NCBI GenBank assembly: GCA_965262015.1
Contig: OZ253494.1
Coordinates: 1,018,720-1,082,719, forward strand
Source: Leptospiria bacterium
GTDB lineage: Bacteria > Spirochaetota > Leptospiria > Turneriellales > CBDBES01
DNA: 64,000 nt
Direction of reading: 5' to 3'
Part shown: in pieces, positions 1 to 10,239 of the stretch
Position numbering within the stretch: position 1 is the first letter of the stretch
How the letters are laid out: each line of letters starts with the position of its first letter
The notes under the pieces: generated by a model
Seen by the model: only the letters and a program-made list of their open reading frames with translations
What the model was told of the DNA's origin: nothing
The model's database searches: none
Made by a program: the position numbers and the translations under genes

Positions 1-1
1 T

Positions 2-661
2 TTAAACCACAAAGTTAATGATAATTTTAGTGCCTGCGGTTTATCTATCATTATTCATCCTTGTAGCCCTAGAATACCAACAGTTCACCTGAATATCCGC
101 TACATAGAGACTGGAGGTGGGCGATCTTGGTTTGGTGGAGGCATCGATCTCACGCCCTACTACCCTCATGAAGAAGACTTTAGCCATTTTCACAATACCT
201 TATTTAAAGCAGTAGAAGCAATTCAACCTAATCATTATAATATCTACAAGGAGCAATGCGATCAATATTTTCATATTAAACATCGTAATGAAATGCGTGG
301 CATTGGCGGGATCTTTTTTGACTATCTTGAAGATAATCATAAGGTATCTTTTTCTTTAATACAGTCCATAGGAGACCATTTTCTACGAGCATATGAACCC
401 ATTGTACTTAGAAGAGTGCATGAAATATATACGGAACAAGATAAGAAATTTCAACTCATCCGTAGAGGGAGATATATTGAATTTAATTTAGTGTATGATC
501 GAGGAACTCTTTTTGGCTTAGAAACGAATGGAAGAATAGAATCTATTCTAGTGTCACTCCCTCCACAAGCATCCCATCTTTATAATTTTAAACCGTCCTA
601 TTGGTCTCCACATAAAAAGATGTTGAAATATTATCAACCTAAAAAATGGACTTCTTTTTAA
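2..661 (+). CDS. hemF: Oxygen-dependent coproporphyrinogen III oxidase, 5'-truncated by window edge
   Basis: Frame 2 is open from the window edge. Its translation contains IIHPCSPRIPTVHLNIRY, WFGGGIDLTPYYP and RGIGGIFFDYLE, which are hallmark HemF blocks. The listed ORF 293..661 is only the part after an internal Met. Confidence 0.85.
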   Translation, partial: LNHKVNDNFSACGLSIIIHPCSPRIPTVHLNIRYIETGGGRSWFGGGIDLTPYYPHEEDFSHFHNTLFKAVEAIQPNHYNIYKEQCDQYFHIKHRNEMRGIGGIFFDYLEDNHKVSFSLIQSIGDHFLRAYEPIVLRRVHEIYTEQDKKFQLIRRGRYIEFNLVYDRGTLFGLETNGRIESILVSLPPQASHLYNFKPSYWSPHKKMLKYYQPKKWTSF

Positions 662-1232
662 AATATAATAATATCATCTCATAATGAGCACGACTATAAG
701 TCAATAGCCCCACACCCAAAACAATAACAAAGATCGCTAAAACATATAGACGGGAGGGATGCTGAAGAATATAAAGTAAACTTAACAGAAAGGCCAAAGT
801 TACCCCAATCTTACCCCATATATTTGGTCTAGCTACCATTCCATGCTCAAATAATAGATATATTCCCACTAATACACTGATTATTTCTCTGATGGCCACC
901 AGTAAAACAAGCCATAATGGCAGGTCTCTGTAAACATATAACACAATAAAAGCAGATATAACAGTACACTTATCCGCCACAGGATCCAAGTAACACCCTA
1001 ACAAGGTTTCCTGATTAAACCGACGTGCGAAAAAACCATCAAAAAAATCAGATACAATAGCAAAGATGATGATGCCCAATAAACCATATAATTGCTTATT
1101 ACTTCCTTCTGGCAACTGGAAGCAATAATACATTCCAGGTCCTAAACCAATTCTACTAATAGAAAGTAGATTAGATAACGTAAATATTTTACTACTAAAA
1201 ATATCACGAAGCGTTATATGTGTTTTGTTCAT
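639..1232 (-). CDS. CDP-alcohol phosphatidyltransferase family protein (PgsA-like)
   Basis: Multi-TM protein with the family motif D-x2-DG-x2-AR...G-x3-D-x3-D, seen as DFFDGFFARRFNQETLLGCYLDPVADK. Confidence 0.8.
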   Translation of the reverse strand: MNKTHITLRDIFSSKIFTLSNLLSISRIGLGPGMYYCFQLPEGSNKQLYGLLGIIIFAIVSDFFDGFFARRFNQETLLGCYLDPVADKCTVISAFIVLYVYRDLPLWLVLLVAIREIISVLVGIYLLFEHGMVARPNIWGKIGVTLAFLLSLLYILQHPSRLYVLAIFVIVLGVGLLTYSRAHYEMILLYFKKKSIF

Positions 1233-1251
1233 AAATAAACATTATACCACA

Positions 1252-2529
1252 CTAACTAACTTCTATAGTCTGATGACGTTCTGGCCCAACTGATATCCAC
1301 TTGATTGGTATTCCACAGTGTTTCTCTATGGTCAATATATAACTTTGTGCATTTGGGGGCAAATCAGAGAATACTCTACACTCTTCTGTTGATGAATTCC
1401 ATCCTGGTAGTTCATGGTAAATAACCTTAACCTGGTTATAAGCATAGGACGGTACATAATCAATTTTCTGACCATATAATTCATATTCAATACCAATTTT
1501 GATGGTAGAATACGAATCAAGAACATCTAGTTTAGTTAGAAACAAGATATTACAACCATTTAATTTAATAACATACTTAAGTGCCTGGATATCTAACCAA
1601 CCACACCGCCTTGGCCTACCAGTAGTAGCACCAAACTCATGTCCAAGTTTGCGTAATCGTTCATTCTCTTCACCATCCAATTCTGTAGGAAAGGGCCCCT
1701 CCCCTACTCGTGTAGTATATGTTTTCACAATACCAATCACATCAGTAATATACCTAAAATTAATACCTGTACCTGTCAATGCACCTCCAATCGAAGGATT
1801 AGAACTAGTAACATAGGGGTATGTACCAAAATCTACATCTAACATGGCACCCTGGGCACCCTCTAATAAGATTCGTTTATCCGAACGAATAGCCATATTC
1901 AAATAATAAGGGGCATTCACTAAAAAAGGCTTAATTAATTCTGTAACATCCTTCAACTGTTCACTCAATTTTTTCACATCATGGGGAGCCGCATCATAAA
2001 TTTTGGTTAGTACTCTATTTTGCTTCTCGACCACATACGGTAAATAGTCTGTATAAAACTCCTTATCCAGTAGATAAGAGAGTCGAATACCTTGACGGGC
2101 AATCTTATCCACATAACAATTACCAATACCTTTTTTTGTGGTTCCAATGCTATGATTAAGCTCAAGTTTCTCTTTCTCAGATAAGACATCCAGTTCTTTA
2201 TGGAATGGTAACAACATGTGAGCGTTGTCGGCCAAACGTATACGATCCCTGATTTGTATACCTCTTTCTTCTAATAAATTTACTTCTTGAATAAAAGCGA
2301 AGAGATCAATTACCATCCCTCCCCCTAATACACAGACCACATGAGGTAATAGAATACCTGAAGGAACTAGATGAAAGACATATTTATTACCGTCGACAAT
2401 CACGGTATGTCCTGCATTATTACCTCCCTGGTACCTTACAACAAAATCAGTATCCTTAGCAAAATAATCTATTGCTTTGGCTTTGCCTTCATCACCCCAT
2501 TGGATACCCATGACCACTAATACAGGCAT
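1252..2529 (-). CDS. purA: Adenylosuccinate synthetase
   Basis: Contains GIQWGDEGKAKAID, GGNNAGHTV, TTKKGIGNCY and FGATTGRPRRCGWLD. The start is placed at MPVLVVMG; the ORF-track start at 2547 adds 6 residues. Confidence 0.93.
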   Translation of the reverse strand: MPVLVVMGIQWGDEGKAKAIDYFAKDTDFVVRYQGGNNAGHTVIVDGNKYVFHLVPSGILLPHVVCVLGGGMVIDLFAFIQEVNLLEERGIQIRDRIRLADNAHMLLPFHKELDVLSEKEKLELNHSIGTTKKGIGNCYVDKIARQGIRLSYLLDKEFYTDYLPYVVEKQNRVLTKIYDAAPHDVKKLSEQLKDVTELIKPFLVNAPYYLNMAIRSDKRILLEGAQGAMLDVDFGTYPYVTSSNPSIGGALTGTGINFRYITDVIGIVKTYTTRVGEGPFPTELDGEENERLRKLGHEFGATTGRPRRCGWLDIQALKYVIKLNGCNILFLTKLDVLDSYSTIKIGIEYELYGQKIDYVPSYAYNQVKVIYHELPGWNSSTEECRVFSDLPPNAQSYILTIEKHCGIPIKWISVGPERHQTIEVS

Positions 2530-2661
2530 TAGGCAAACTACAATCATCCTAGTTCTAGTAAATCTTTTTTTAATTGATCTATTTTACAAATATACTCTAA
2601 AATTAGGGATGGCTAACTATGGGCAGTAAATAAGTGGTATTTCGAGTGACTAAATAAGCAA

Positions 2662-2734
2662 AGCCCACAACCAGAATCGAACTGGTGACCTTTTCCTTAC
2701 CATGGAAACGCTCTACCGACTGAGCTATGTGGGC
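2662..2734 (-). tRNA. tRNA-Thr (anticodon GGU)
   Basis: The reverse complement reads GCCCACATAGCTCAGTCGGTAGAGCGTTTCCATGGTAAGGAAAAGGTCACCAGTTCGATTCTGGTTGTGGGCT. It has a 7-bp acceptor stem (GCCCACA/TGTGGGC), anticodon stem TTTCC/GGAAA with loop ATGGTAA, and a GTTCGATTC T-loop. Confidence 0.85.
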
Positions 2735-2849
2735 AATATATGTTTTTTATAGCAGGTTTTCAACATAAAATGAAGACACCTTCATATATGGACACTGCCA
2801 TCCCTAACGGTAGGAGACAAATAAATGAACAGAAAAACGTAAAGTCATT

Positions 2850-2965
2850 TTTCGTTGTAGAACTCTTAATTTAGAAAGTCAATCTTGGTTTTGGACAATT
2901 TAAAGTGTTCATAAGCTGTTCTTCTTAAAAGTATTAAAAGTAAGGAGAACAACCAATGAAAATTT
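2850..2965 (+). repeat. Solo copy of an IS 5'-leader-like sequence next to tRNA-Thr
   Basis: By eye about 75% identical over ~115 nt to the reverse complement of 39421-39540. The shared blocks are GTTCATAAGC..., TAAAA.TAA.GAGA.CAACCAATG.AAA. Here the ATG (2957) opens only a 6-codon ORF. Confidence 0.35.
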
Positions 2966-3268
2966 ATTACGAATAACGGATACTTATACTGAAATATCTA
3001 TCAAAAAATAAATAGATCAAAGTCTGCTGTCTTTTATGAAATAAAATCAATCAATGGTATATATGAGGCAGAGTATGCTGAATATCCTACTGAAAAGAAA
3101 AGACTATACTTTGTTGTTACTTTGTAATACCAATAAAAAGTTTGATAAAGTAAGGTAAAGAGCGTATATTTATGGGTTGAACAACTTATGTTATAAAAAT
3201 ACTTGCTATGCACATTATACTGCATCTTTAATCACTTTTATGTGAGTTGGAACGATCTAAATCTTATC

Positions 3269-3751
3269 TTGCGTATAGGTCATGGGTATGATATTCATGC
3301 TATTATCCCTGGAGATGGAATATACCTAGGTGGAGCATATATTCAATGTGGATTTAGTTTAAAAGGACATTCTGATGCAGACGTAGTTATGCATTCATTA
3401 ACTGATGCTATTTTGGGTGCTATTAGTGAATATGACATTGGCCACTTTTTTTCAGATAAAAAACAAGAGAATAAAGATCGAGATAGTAACGACTTTCTAC
3501 AATTTGCACTTAGAAAGATGAAAGATAAAGGCTATATCATCAATAATATTGATTGCACAATCTTATGTGAAATACCTTCTATATCCCTTTACAGACAAAA
3601 TATTCGTTCTCTATTAACCCAATACATGCATATTAATATAGACCAAATTAGTATTAAAGGAAAAACACATGAGAAGTTAGACTCTATAGGTCGTGGTGAA
3701 GCCATTGCTGCACATACAATTGTATTGCTCTCTAAATCCCTAACAGGTTAG
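3269..3751 (+). CDS. ispF: 2-C-methyl-D-erythritol 2,4-cyclodiphosphate synthase
   Basis: Contains RIGHGYDIH, GHSDADVVMHSLTDAILGA and KGKTHEKLDSIGRGEAIAAH. The start is placed at the TTG giving (M)RIGHG; the upstream ATG at 3203 would add 22 atypical residues. Confidence 0.85.
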   Translation: MRIGHGYDIHAIIPGDGIYLGGAYIQCGFSLKGHSDADVVMHSLTDAILGAISEYDIGHFFSDKKQENKDRDSNDFLQFALRKMKDKGYIINNIDCTILCEIPSISLYRQNIRSLLTQYMHINIDQISIKGKTHEKLDSIGRGEAIAAHTIVLLSKSLTG

Positions 3752-3911
3752 ACATACCTCTAAAGATCTAAACTCCAAAAAATAGTACTTATTTTGGGAT
3801 ATCGTCCATACCTGTATATAGTATGGCTATGGCATCGATGAATAGATATAACACTTGTGATATGTTTGTTGACAGAATCATGTTAAAGTTCATTTTGATC
3901 ATGTCAATCTT

Positions 3912-4199
3912 ATGGCAAGCAAAAAGGGTACCAACCAAATACAAGATAGTATTACCTTTGAAGAGGCATTCAGAGAGCTAGAGACTGTTGTGCATAAATT
4001 AGAAGAGGGTAAGGATAGCCTATCAAATAGCATGAAATTATATGAAAGAGGAATACTACTTAAACAATACTGTGAGGAACAACTTAAAGAGGCACAAGGG
4101 AAGTGGGAAATATTAAAACAGAAGAAAGATAGTCCTGGAACAGTAGAGATAGAACCCCTGCCAAGAGATATTGTACAGCAATCTATTTTACCCGAATAA
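3912..4199 (+). CDS. xseB: Exodeoxyribonuclease VII small subunit
   Basis: 95-aa helical protein. FEEAFRELETVVHKLEEGKDSLSNSMKLYERGILLKQYCEEQL matches the XseB pattern. Confidence 0.8.
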   Translation: MASKKGTNQIQDSITFEEAFRELETVVHKLEEGKDSLSNSMKLYERGILLKQYCEEQLKEAQGKWEILKQKKDSPGTVEIEPLPRDIVQQSILPE

Positions 4200-4227
4200 A
4201 ACTTAAAAACAAATGAGTGATGACTGC

Positions 4228-5256
4228 CTAAATGGGTACTCTTTCTTTTAGTCTCAAAGCTACACGTGGGTTTATACTACTTTTTTTATGTTTTATTTCA
4301 AAGTGTAAATGGCTCCCTGTACTTCTACCAGTATTACCCACTCTCGCAATCCTAGTCCCTTTTTGAACAACAGTACCCTTACGTACTCGAATAGACGAAC
4401 AATGGGCATAAACACTAATATACTTATTTTTATGTCGGACAATTACTGTTTTACCGTACGCACCAAAAGAACCCGCATGTATAATAATCCCTTTGGCTAC
4501 AGCCTTTATGGATGTCCCCCATTTTGCAGAGATATCCATCCCTGTATGAAAATGCCTTTTACCCAGTATCGGATGTCGCCTCCAACCATAGGAACTTGTA
4601 AGTTTACCTCGTAGAGGCCAGATAAATCTTGAAATATACCGATATCTTGTAGTAGGTAAGGGCTTAGCACCACGCAAAAAAATACGTTCACCCCTTTTCA
4701 GTTTAGGCGATATATATTTGCTTACATTACTTAGAGAAAGTCGATAGGTTTTAGCAATTTTACCCAGTGTGTCACCATTGCGAACTTTATAATAGAGTCC
4801 TATTTGTGATGGGATATGTAATACATCACCAGGATGAATTATATTTTTTTCTACTTTGGGATTAGCTGATGTGATCGTATATACCGGTATATTAAATTTA
4901 TTTGCAATATTCCATAAAGACTCTCCAGGGCGAACAGTGTAATTAGTTGATTTTTTAACTTTGGATATGCCAACAATTTTTTTCTTTGAATTTTGTGCAT
5001 CCTTTTTAGTCCCATCTACTAATCGTTTAGTTTCCTCTTCTTCAGCAGGGTTAGCCCGTATACTCTCGAAGTATTGGCTAATCGCATTGTCAATTTCTTC
5101 ACCATAAACAATTACCTGAGGGTCAGAGGGAGGCTCAGAACTTTTAGGAATAACACTGGCATATTTGGGAGAAATATAACTAGTTAGAAAAATAATTAAA
5201 ATGAATGAAATGCAACAACTAACCAAAAATAGCAGAATTTTATCAAAAAGTTTCAT
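4228..5256 (-). CDS. LysM-domain M23 family murein endopeptidase
   Basis: N-terminal TM or signal segment. Two LysM repeats (YTVRPGESLWNIANKFNIP and YKVRNGDTLGKIAKTY). M23 metal motifs HTGMDI and GSHLHFEI. Confidence 0.85.
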   Translation of the reverse strand: MKLFDKILLFLVSCCISFILIIFLTSYISPKYASVIPKSSEPPSDPQVIVYGEEIDNAISQYFESIRANPAEEEETKRLVDGTKKDAQNSKKKIVGISKVKKSTNYTVRPGESLWNIANKFNIPVYTITSANPKVEKNIIHPGDVLHIPSQIGLYYKVRNGDTLGKIAKTYRLSLSNVSKYISPKLKRGERIFLRGAKPLPTTRYRYISRFIWPLRGKLTSSYGWRRHPILGKRHFHTGMDISAKWGTSIKAVAKGIIIHAGSFGAYGKTVIVRHKNKYISVYAHCSSIRVRKGTVVQKGTRIARVGNTGRSTGSHLHFEIKHKKSSINPRVALRLKERVPI

Positions 5257-5344
5257 ATATCTAAGAGAGACTTACCATATAACCCTCTATAGTATCGTCA
5301 TAATGATAATAAGATTTAAGTAAAATTGTTACATGGACATAAGC

Positions 5345-6202
5345 TTATTTTGAAAAACTACCAACAATCATATCACCCGTGTGAAAATATTTTGCTGACC
5401 AGTCCGCTAACCTTTTCTTGGTTTTATAAATTTGTGAGCCATATTCCAATGTAGTATATCCCGACCCATAGGTAAAAGAATGTTCTAGGTTAAGATGGTA
5501 TTTACGGAGCCATATTTTAAGAGCATGGCGACTAAAATACCAAAGATGTTCTGGCACATTTAGGTACCGCCACCCTATCCCGTATCGTTTTGCCCATAAA
5601 CCTATGTGACAGGTAGACAGATATAGTTTGCCATTAGGAGTTAATACTCGACTAATTTTTTGTAGAATAAGGTCTATATTAGGTAGATGCTCTATAGTAG
5701 CCCATAAAGTAATTAAACCATATGTTTGATCTGCTATATTCATATCAAGAAAATCAACTTTCTGCAACGAGATGGCTTGTTTAAGACCTTCGTCAATCAT
5801 GCTCTCTGCAATATCAATGCCTAAGGCATCCCATCCCCTTTTAGAAAAAAATTCTGTACAATGACCAGCGGCACAACCAATGTCTAGTGTTTTTTTCTCT
5901 CCAACCTCAAGTGTGTTTTCCCAAGCATAAAAAGATAATCCTTTTAAATTTTTTTTTAGAGTGCTTAGTATACTTTTTTTAACAATAAGAGAATGGTAGT
6001 TATTATAGCCTCTTTCTGTTCTTTGCGTAAAATATTCATCCTGGTAGAGTTTATTTAACTCTTGACCATCTGGTAGAGGGTATATCTGCCATAGATTACA
6101 TTTATGGCAGTCATAAATAGAATATATCTTATTAACTCGAGATTTCTTGTGGTATTTAATAGATAAAGCAGATGAACAATGATAACAAATTGGTTGTAAC
6201 AT
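5345..6202 (-). CDS. Class I SAM-dependent methyltransferase with N-terminal Cys-rich zinc-ribbon-like segment
   Basis: Motif I is LDIGCAAGHCTEFF. The N-terminus has CYHC...CHKC. Confidence 0.7.
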   Translation of the reverse strand: MLQPICYHCSSALSIKYHKKSRVNKIYSIYDCHKCNLWQIYPLPDGQELNKLYQDEYFTQRTERGYNNYHSLIVKKSILSTLKKNLKGLSFYAWENTLEVGEKKTLDIGCAAGHCTEFFSKRGWDALGIDIAESMIDEGLKQAISLQKVDFLDMNIADQTYGLITLWATIEHLPNIDLILQKISRVLTPNGKLYLSTCHIGLWAKRYGIGWRYLNVPEHLWYFSRHALKIWLRKYHLNLEHSFTYGSGYTTLEYGSQIYKTKKRLADWSAKYFHTGDMIVGSFSK

Positions 6203-6224
6203 CTACTACATTAGAAAATCGCCA

Positions 6225-7472
6225 CTAAGCATCTTTACCAATCACATGTACTACGTTAGTAGTAGCGGAGCCTCCAATATTCAAGGTAGCTACCCGCTTG
6301 GCATTTTCTACTTGATAACCTCCTGCTTGAGTAGATACTTGCTTGTAAGCATCAAGAATTTGTCTTGCTCCAGTACCGCCCACTGGATGACCTGCTCCAA
6401 TTAAACCACCTGAAGGATTGACAGGTAAGCTACCGTCAAAATCAATAACACCTTCTTCGATAGATTTCCATGCTTCACCAGGTTTGGCCAGGCCAAAGTG
6501 TTCAATTGCCGCATATTCTGAAGTTGTAAAACAATCATGTGTCTCAATAACAGATAAATCTTCAGGACCTTGTATATTAGCCCTTTGATAGGCGTCCGTA
6601 ATAGCTTTTCTTGTATGAGGTAAAGGATACTCACTATGTTGTGCCTCTTCTACTTTATCATCAAATAAAATAGGAGCAGTAGCATGTCCCCATCCCTGGA
6701 TATAAGGTATATCGTCTAAATTCAATCCTCTTTTTTGTGCATAATCCTTTGCTTTGGTAGCCGAAGCTAGAAAAATAACAATACCTCCATCAGTTACCTG
6801 AGAACAGTCTGTAAGATGTATCATACCACCAACCTGCATATTATAATTATCATGTTTATTTGCATGTGCTTTGCTCATATACCAATCCCGGGTTTGTGCC
6901 CGTGGATTACGTTTTGCATTTTTATAATTAATATCAGAAATAGCGGCCAGATGTTCATACTTCAGGCCATATTTATCACGATATAAATCCCCTAAGCGAC
7001 CAAAGAGCTTAGGGAATGGAAATAGTACTCCTTTGGCCTCTTTGTCATACCAGGCGGCAGTACCTAAAAAATCCCCGCCTGTCTTAGAGTCCACCTGTTT
7101 CATAAACTCAATACCCAATACCATACTACAATCATAAATACCTGCTTCAATTTCTGTACGAGCAGCCAAGGTAGCTACAGCACTAGAAGCACAGGCTGCC
7201 TCGTGTCTTGATGTTGGTAGTCCACGAAAATTTTTATCATAATTAACTGCCATAGCACCCAGATGCCCTTGACGATTATATAAACTTCCCGCAAAATTAC
7301 CTACATGAATGACATTAATATCTTTAACATCCAGTTGGGTCTCGAGAAGGCCTCCTTCAATAGTCTCATTCATCATGGCCTGCAGACTTTTATTTTCTTT
7401 GGACCAGTTACGGGCAAAATCTGTTTGATAGCCACCTAGAATATAAACTTTTTTTTGAGAATTTTTTGACAT
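6225..7472 (-). CDS. Thiolase-family acetyl-CoA C-acyltransferase
   Basis: Active-site blocks HEAACASSAVATLA, ETHDCFT and GHPVGGTGA. The start is placed at MSKNSQKK, which is preceded by AGGAGG (plus strand 7478-7490). Confidence 0.8.
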   Translation of the reverse strand: MSKNSQKKVYILGGYQTDFARNWSKENKSLQAMMNETIEGGLLETQLDVKDINVIHVGNFAGSLYNRQGHLGAMAVNYDKNFRGLPTSRHEAACASSAVATLAARTEIEAGIYDCSMVLGIEFMKQVDSKTGGDFLGTAAWYDKEAKGVLFPFPKLFGRLGDLYRDKYGLKYEHLAAISDINYKNAKRNPRAQTRDWYMSKAHANKHDNYNMQVGGMIHLTDCSQVTDGGIVIFLASATKAKDYAQKRGLNLDDIPYIQGWGHATAPILFDDKVEEAQHSEYPLPHTRKAITDAYQRANIQGPEDLSVIETHDCFTTSEYAAIEHFGLAKPGEAWKSIEEGVIDFDGSLPVNPSGGLIGAGHPVGGTGARQILDAYKQVSTQAGGYQVENAKRVATLNIGGSATTNVVHVIGKDA

Positions 7473-7507
7473 ATTTCCTCCTAAGCTAGTACAGCTCTTA
7501 TAGAACA

Positions 7508-8800
7508 CTACCTAGCAATCAAAAATCTAGATATTTCGGGTATGGTACATAAACTACCTTTTATATCTTTAGCTTCTAACAATGTAGTAGGTACAACAAT
7601 TTCATGTTCTTCCATTAAAATGGCCACTTCTCTAGGACCCCCCAACAGATCTACCCAACCCGAAGGAGGTAGCCAAGAAAAACCATATGACATAACGGTG
7701 TCGATACCATGTATAAAACTTTCTTTAGGAGTAGCCTCACCTATCCTGTAAAAACTATAAGCGATGTAGCCCAATAGTATTGTCTTGATAATATAAGATT
7801 CTGATGATCTCTCTTCCAATAAAAGTGAAATAGCTTTCTTATACTGCCCATCACACAGATATTGTTTTATATTTTCGATAAATGCAATTTTATTACGTTT
7901 AACTAGTTTATGAGACATAGTTTGTGGATCTAAAGCAAATTTATTTTTCTCCGCATCTCGTTTAAAAAAACCGCCTTTGTCTTGTGCTTTGAGACCTAAC
8001 ATACCCTTATCTACCATGGCTTGCATATAAGCGGGCATCTTATGTGTATCATGTGCTTCATCCTGTGTCTGGTTAAAAATATTATCTACAATAGCTTTAT
8101 GCACATCTAAACCTACTAGATCGATAGTGGCAAGAGGTGGCAGTGCCCGACCTGTATAACATCCCATCAAGTAATCCATTTCTTCAATACCAATCTTTTC
8201 TGCATAGATGGCAACATGATTCAATAGTTGAAAACCAATCCGATTCCCTGCAAAGGCAGCTGTATTAGACGTAACAATATTTTTTCTATATAGAACACGT
8301 TCACAAAATTCGTAAACAAATTTCTTAAATTCATCTGTATTTTTAGAGTGATAAATTAATTCATTAGCAATTAATTTGGATGGTGGATTATAAAAATGCG
8401 TACCTAAGAAGTGTTGTTGAAGAGATTCGCTACAATTAGATACCATTTCTTCAATGGATAAGCCTGAGGAAACAGTAGAAACAATGCTATCCGCTTTTCG
8501 TATTGATTCAAGTCTAGCAAAATATTGTTTTTTCAAATCAATATTCTCAGCAAGGGCCTCAAATATCCAGTCACATTGTGGTATAATCTTTTCTAGATCC
8601 TCATAACTATGAGGTTGAATATGTTCTATTAGTACACTACTTCTGGCCTGATTGACTGCATTCTCTATGCCCTTAGAAGCCTTTTCTTGAGTATTTGCAA
8701 AGAAATGACATTTTATGCCTGCCTGAGCAAAAATACCACCAGAAGTAGAACCCATATTCCCATTGGCACCCAGAATAGCAACTTTTTTGATCTCTCTCAC
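7508..8800 (-). CDS. 3-hydroxyacyl-CoA dehydrogenase family protein
   Basis: N-terminal Rossmann motif VAILGANGNMGSTSGG (GTG start). It lies directly upstream of the thiolase, forming a beta-oxidation pair. Confidence 0.8.
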   Translation of the reverse strand: MREIKKVAILGANGNMGSTSGGIFAQAGIKCHFFANTQEKASKGIENAVNQARSSVLIEHIQPHSYEDLEKIIPQCDWIFEALAENIDLKKQYFARLESIRKADSIVSTVSSGLSIEEMVSNCSESLQQHFLGTHFYNPPSKLIANELIYHSKNTDEFKKFVYEFCERVLYRKNIVTSNTAAFAGNRIGFQLLNHVAIYAEKIGIEEMDYLMGCYTGRALPPLATIDLVGLDVHKAIVDNIFNQTQDEAHDTHKMPAYMQAMVDKGMLGLKAQDKGGFFKRDAEKNKFALDPQTMSHKLVKRNKIAFIENIKQYLCDGQYKKAISLLLEERSSESYIIKTILLGYIAYSFYRIGEATPKESFIHGIDTVMSYGFSWLPPSGWVDLLGGPREVAILMEEHEIVVPTTLLEAKDIKGSLCTIPEISRFLIAR

Positions 8801-8950
8801 AAGCAGGATAAATCTGTATACCAGGATGATTTGACAAACATTTTATTTTTGAATAGCAGAGTTTATAAACTAAAGGGAAGTTATGTTTATACGTGCTTTA
8901 TCTTATGGTATATTTATGAAGACAAGTATAAATACCAAATAATTATTAAA

Positions 8951-10177
8951 TTAAGGCTTATAGTTTCTAGGGAAACGTATAGTAAAGCGGGTATAATGCC
9001 CCTTAGAATGTACTTGTATATAGCTATTATGTTCTTCAATCACTTTATTAACAAAAAACAAGCCCATGCCTGCATTATTACCTTGATTTTTAGTGGAAAA
9101 GAAGGGATCAAATATCTTCTTAAGTAGCTCATCAGAAATTCCGCCCGCACTATCAATAATATTAATAAGGATAAACTCATGATGCTTGATAGTACTTAAC
9201 TCTCTCTGCCCTTGCGAGAAATACTTGGTTTTATGCTTAGCATTCGTATCACTAATATATTCTGCAGTAATCCATAAATAAAGCTTATTCCGTTCTTCTC
9301 GTTGTTCTAGTGCCTGGAAGGTATTAGTGAATAAATTTTGGAATACTAGTTTTAATCTTTGTGCATCTCCATATACTGGAGATTTTCGATCTATTTTCCA
9401 TAACCAATGTACTTTCAAAACTATTTTATTCTGATAAAGTTTCTTAGTAATCGTGAGGGCTTCACCAATAACCTTTCTAATATTAACTGGATACAAAGGA
9501 TAGATATCTCTATTAACTGATCGTTGGATATTCATAATAATATCTAAGGCTGTTTTCAAACCATCTTTAACAAGACGGATATCAGGGTTGCTAGAAGGTT
9601 TTATATCTTTTAATTGATCTACTGTTAACCGTATCCCCAGTAAAATATTTTTTATTTCATGGATGATACTTTGTACGGTAGTCCCAATTGTTTGTAATTT
9701 AGCATTCCTATAATTAAGCTTTTCTTGTTCTTTCTGTAAAGTAACATCCACTAACGAATCAACTAACAAATAAGATGAGGTACTATCCTGAAGAAAATAT
9801 TGCTTAAGCCAGAAAACAGATGTCTTAAAGGAAAAATGTTCTTGCTGATTATCAATTTTGATTTCTTGATCGACTCTAAAATTATCACGTGCTAATTTTT
9901 GGAACGAATCGTGCTTATTTTTATAAAAACAAAAAGTACATGGCGAATCAAAGCCAAACAAAACTTGGTAGCATTTTTTCCCCAGTGCTTCCGTATAAGT
10001 CTTATGATTACTTAATTCTAGTGCAGAACGATTCAATCTAGTAATCGTAAAATTTTTATCAATGAGAATAATAGAGGCATCCAGAGTATCGATAAGACTC
10101 TGCAATTGCCCACTTTTAAAGCTAGCCTGCGAATAAGGGAAATTTACTTGCTCTGTGTGATTAGTTTCTAAGGACAT
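8951..10177 (-). CDS. PAS-domain sensor histidine kinase (orphan, no TM)
   Basis: H-box IIHEIKNILLGI. HATPase_c N, G1 and G2 boxes in FQNLFTNTFQA, DSAGGISDELLKKIFDPFFSTK and GMGLFFV. Confidence 0.8.
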   Translation of the reverse strand: MSLETNHTEQVNFPYSQASFKSGQLQSLIDTLDASIILIDKNFTITRLNRSALELSNHKTYTEALGKKCYQVLFGFDSPCTFCFYKNKHDSFQKLARDNFRVDQEIKIDNQQEHFSFKTSVFWLKQYFLQDSTSSYLLVDSLVDVTLQKEQEKLNYRNAKLQTIGTTVQSIIHEIKNILLGIRLTVDQLKDIKPSSNPDIRLVKDGLKTALDIIMNIQRSVNRDIYPLYPVNIRKVIGEALTITKKLYQNKIVLKVHWLWKIDRKSPVYGDAQRLKLVFQNLFTNTFQALEQREERNKLYLWITAEYISDTNAKHKTKYFSQGQRELSTIKHHEFILINIIDSAGGISDELLKKIFDPFFSTKNQGNNAGMGLFFVNKVIEEHNSYIQVHSKGHYTRFTIRFPRNYKP

Positions 10178-10239
10178 TTAAGATGAGGGGGTAGTTGTTT
10201 CTAAACCTACAACTACCCAAGTAAACTTTTAGGAGAATA

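Noticed and set aside
3203-3268. The upstream ATG was considered as the ispF start, along with similar N-terminal extensions in the ORF track for purA, rplI, the DUF192 gene and the giant protein.
   Set aside because: The extensions add non-conserved, often hydrophobic residues ahead of canonical N-termini (RIGHGYDIH, MPVLVVMG, MKVLLTKD, and the signal peptides). Internal starts fit the family N-termini better.
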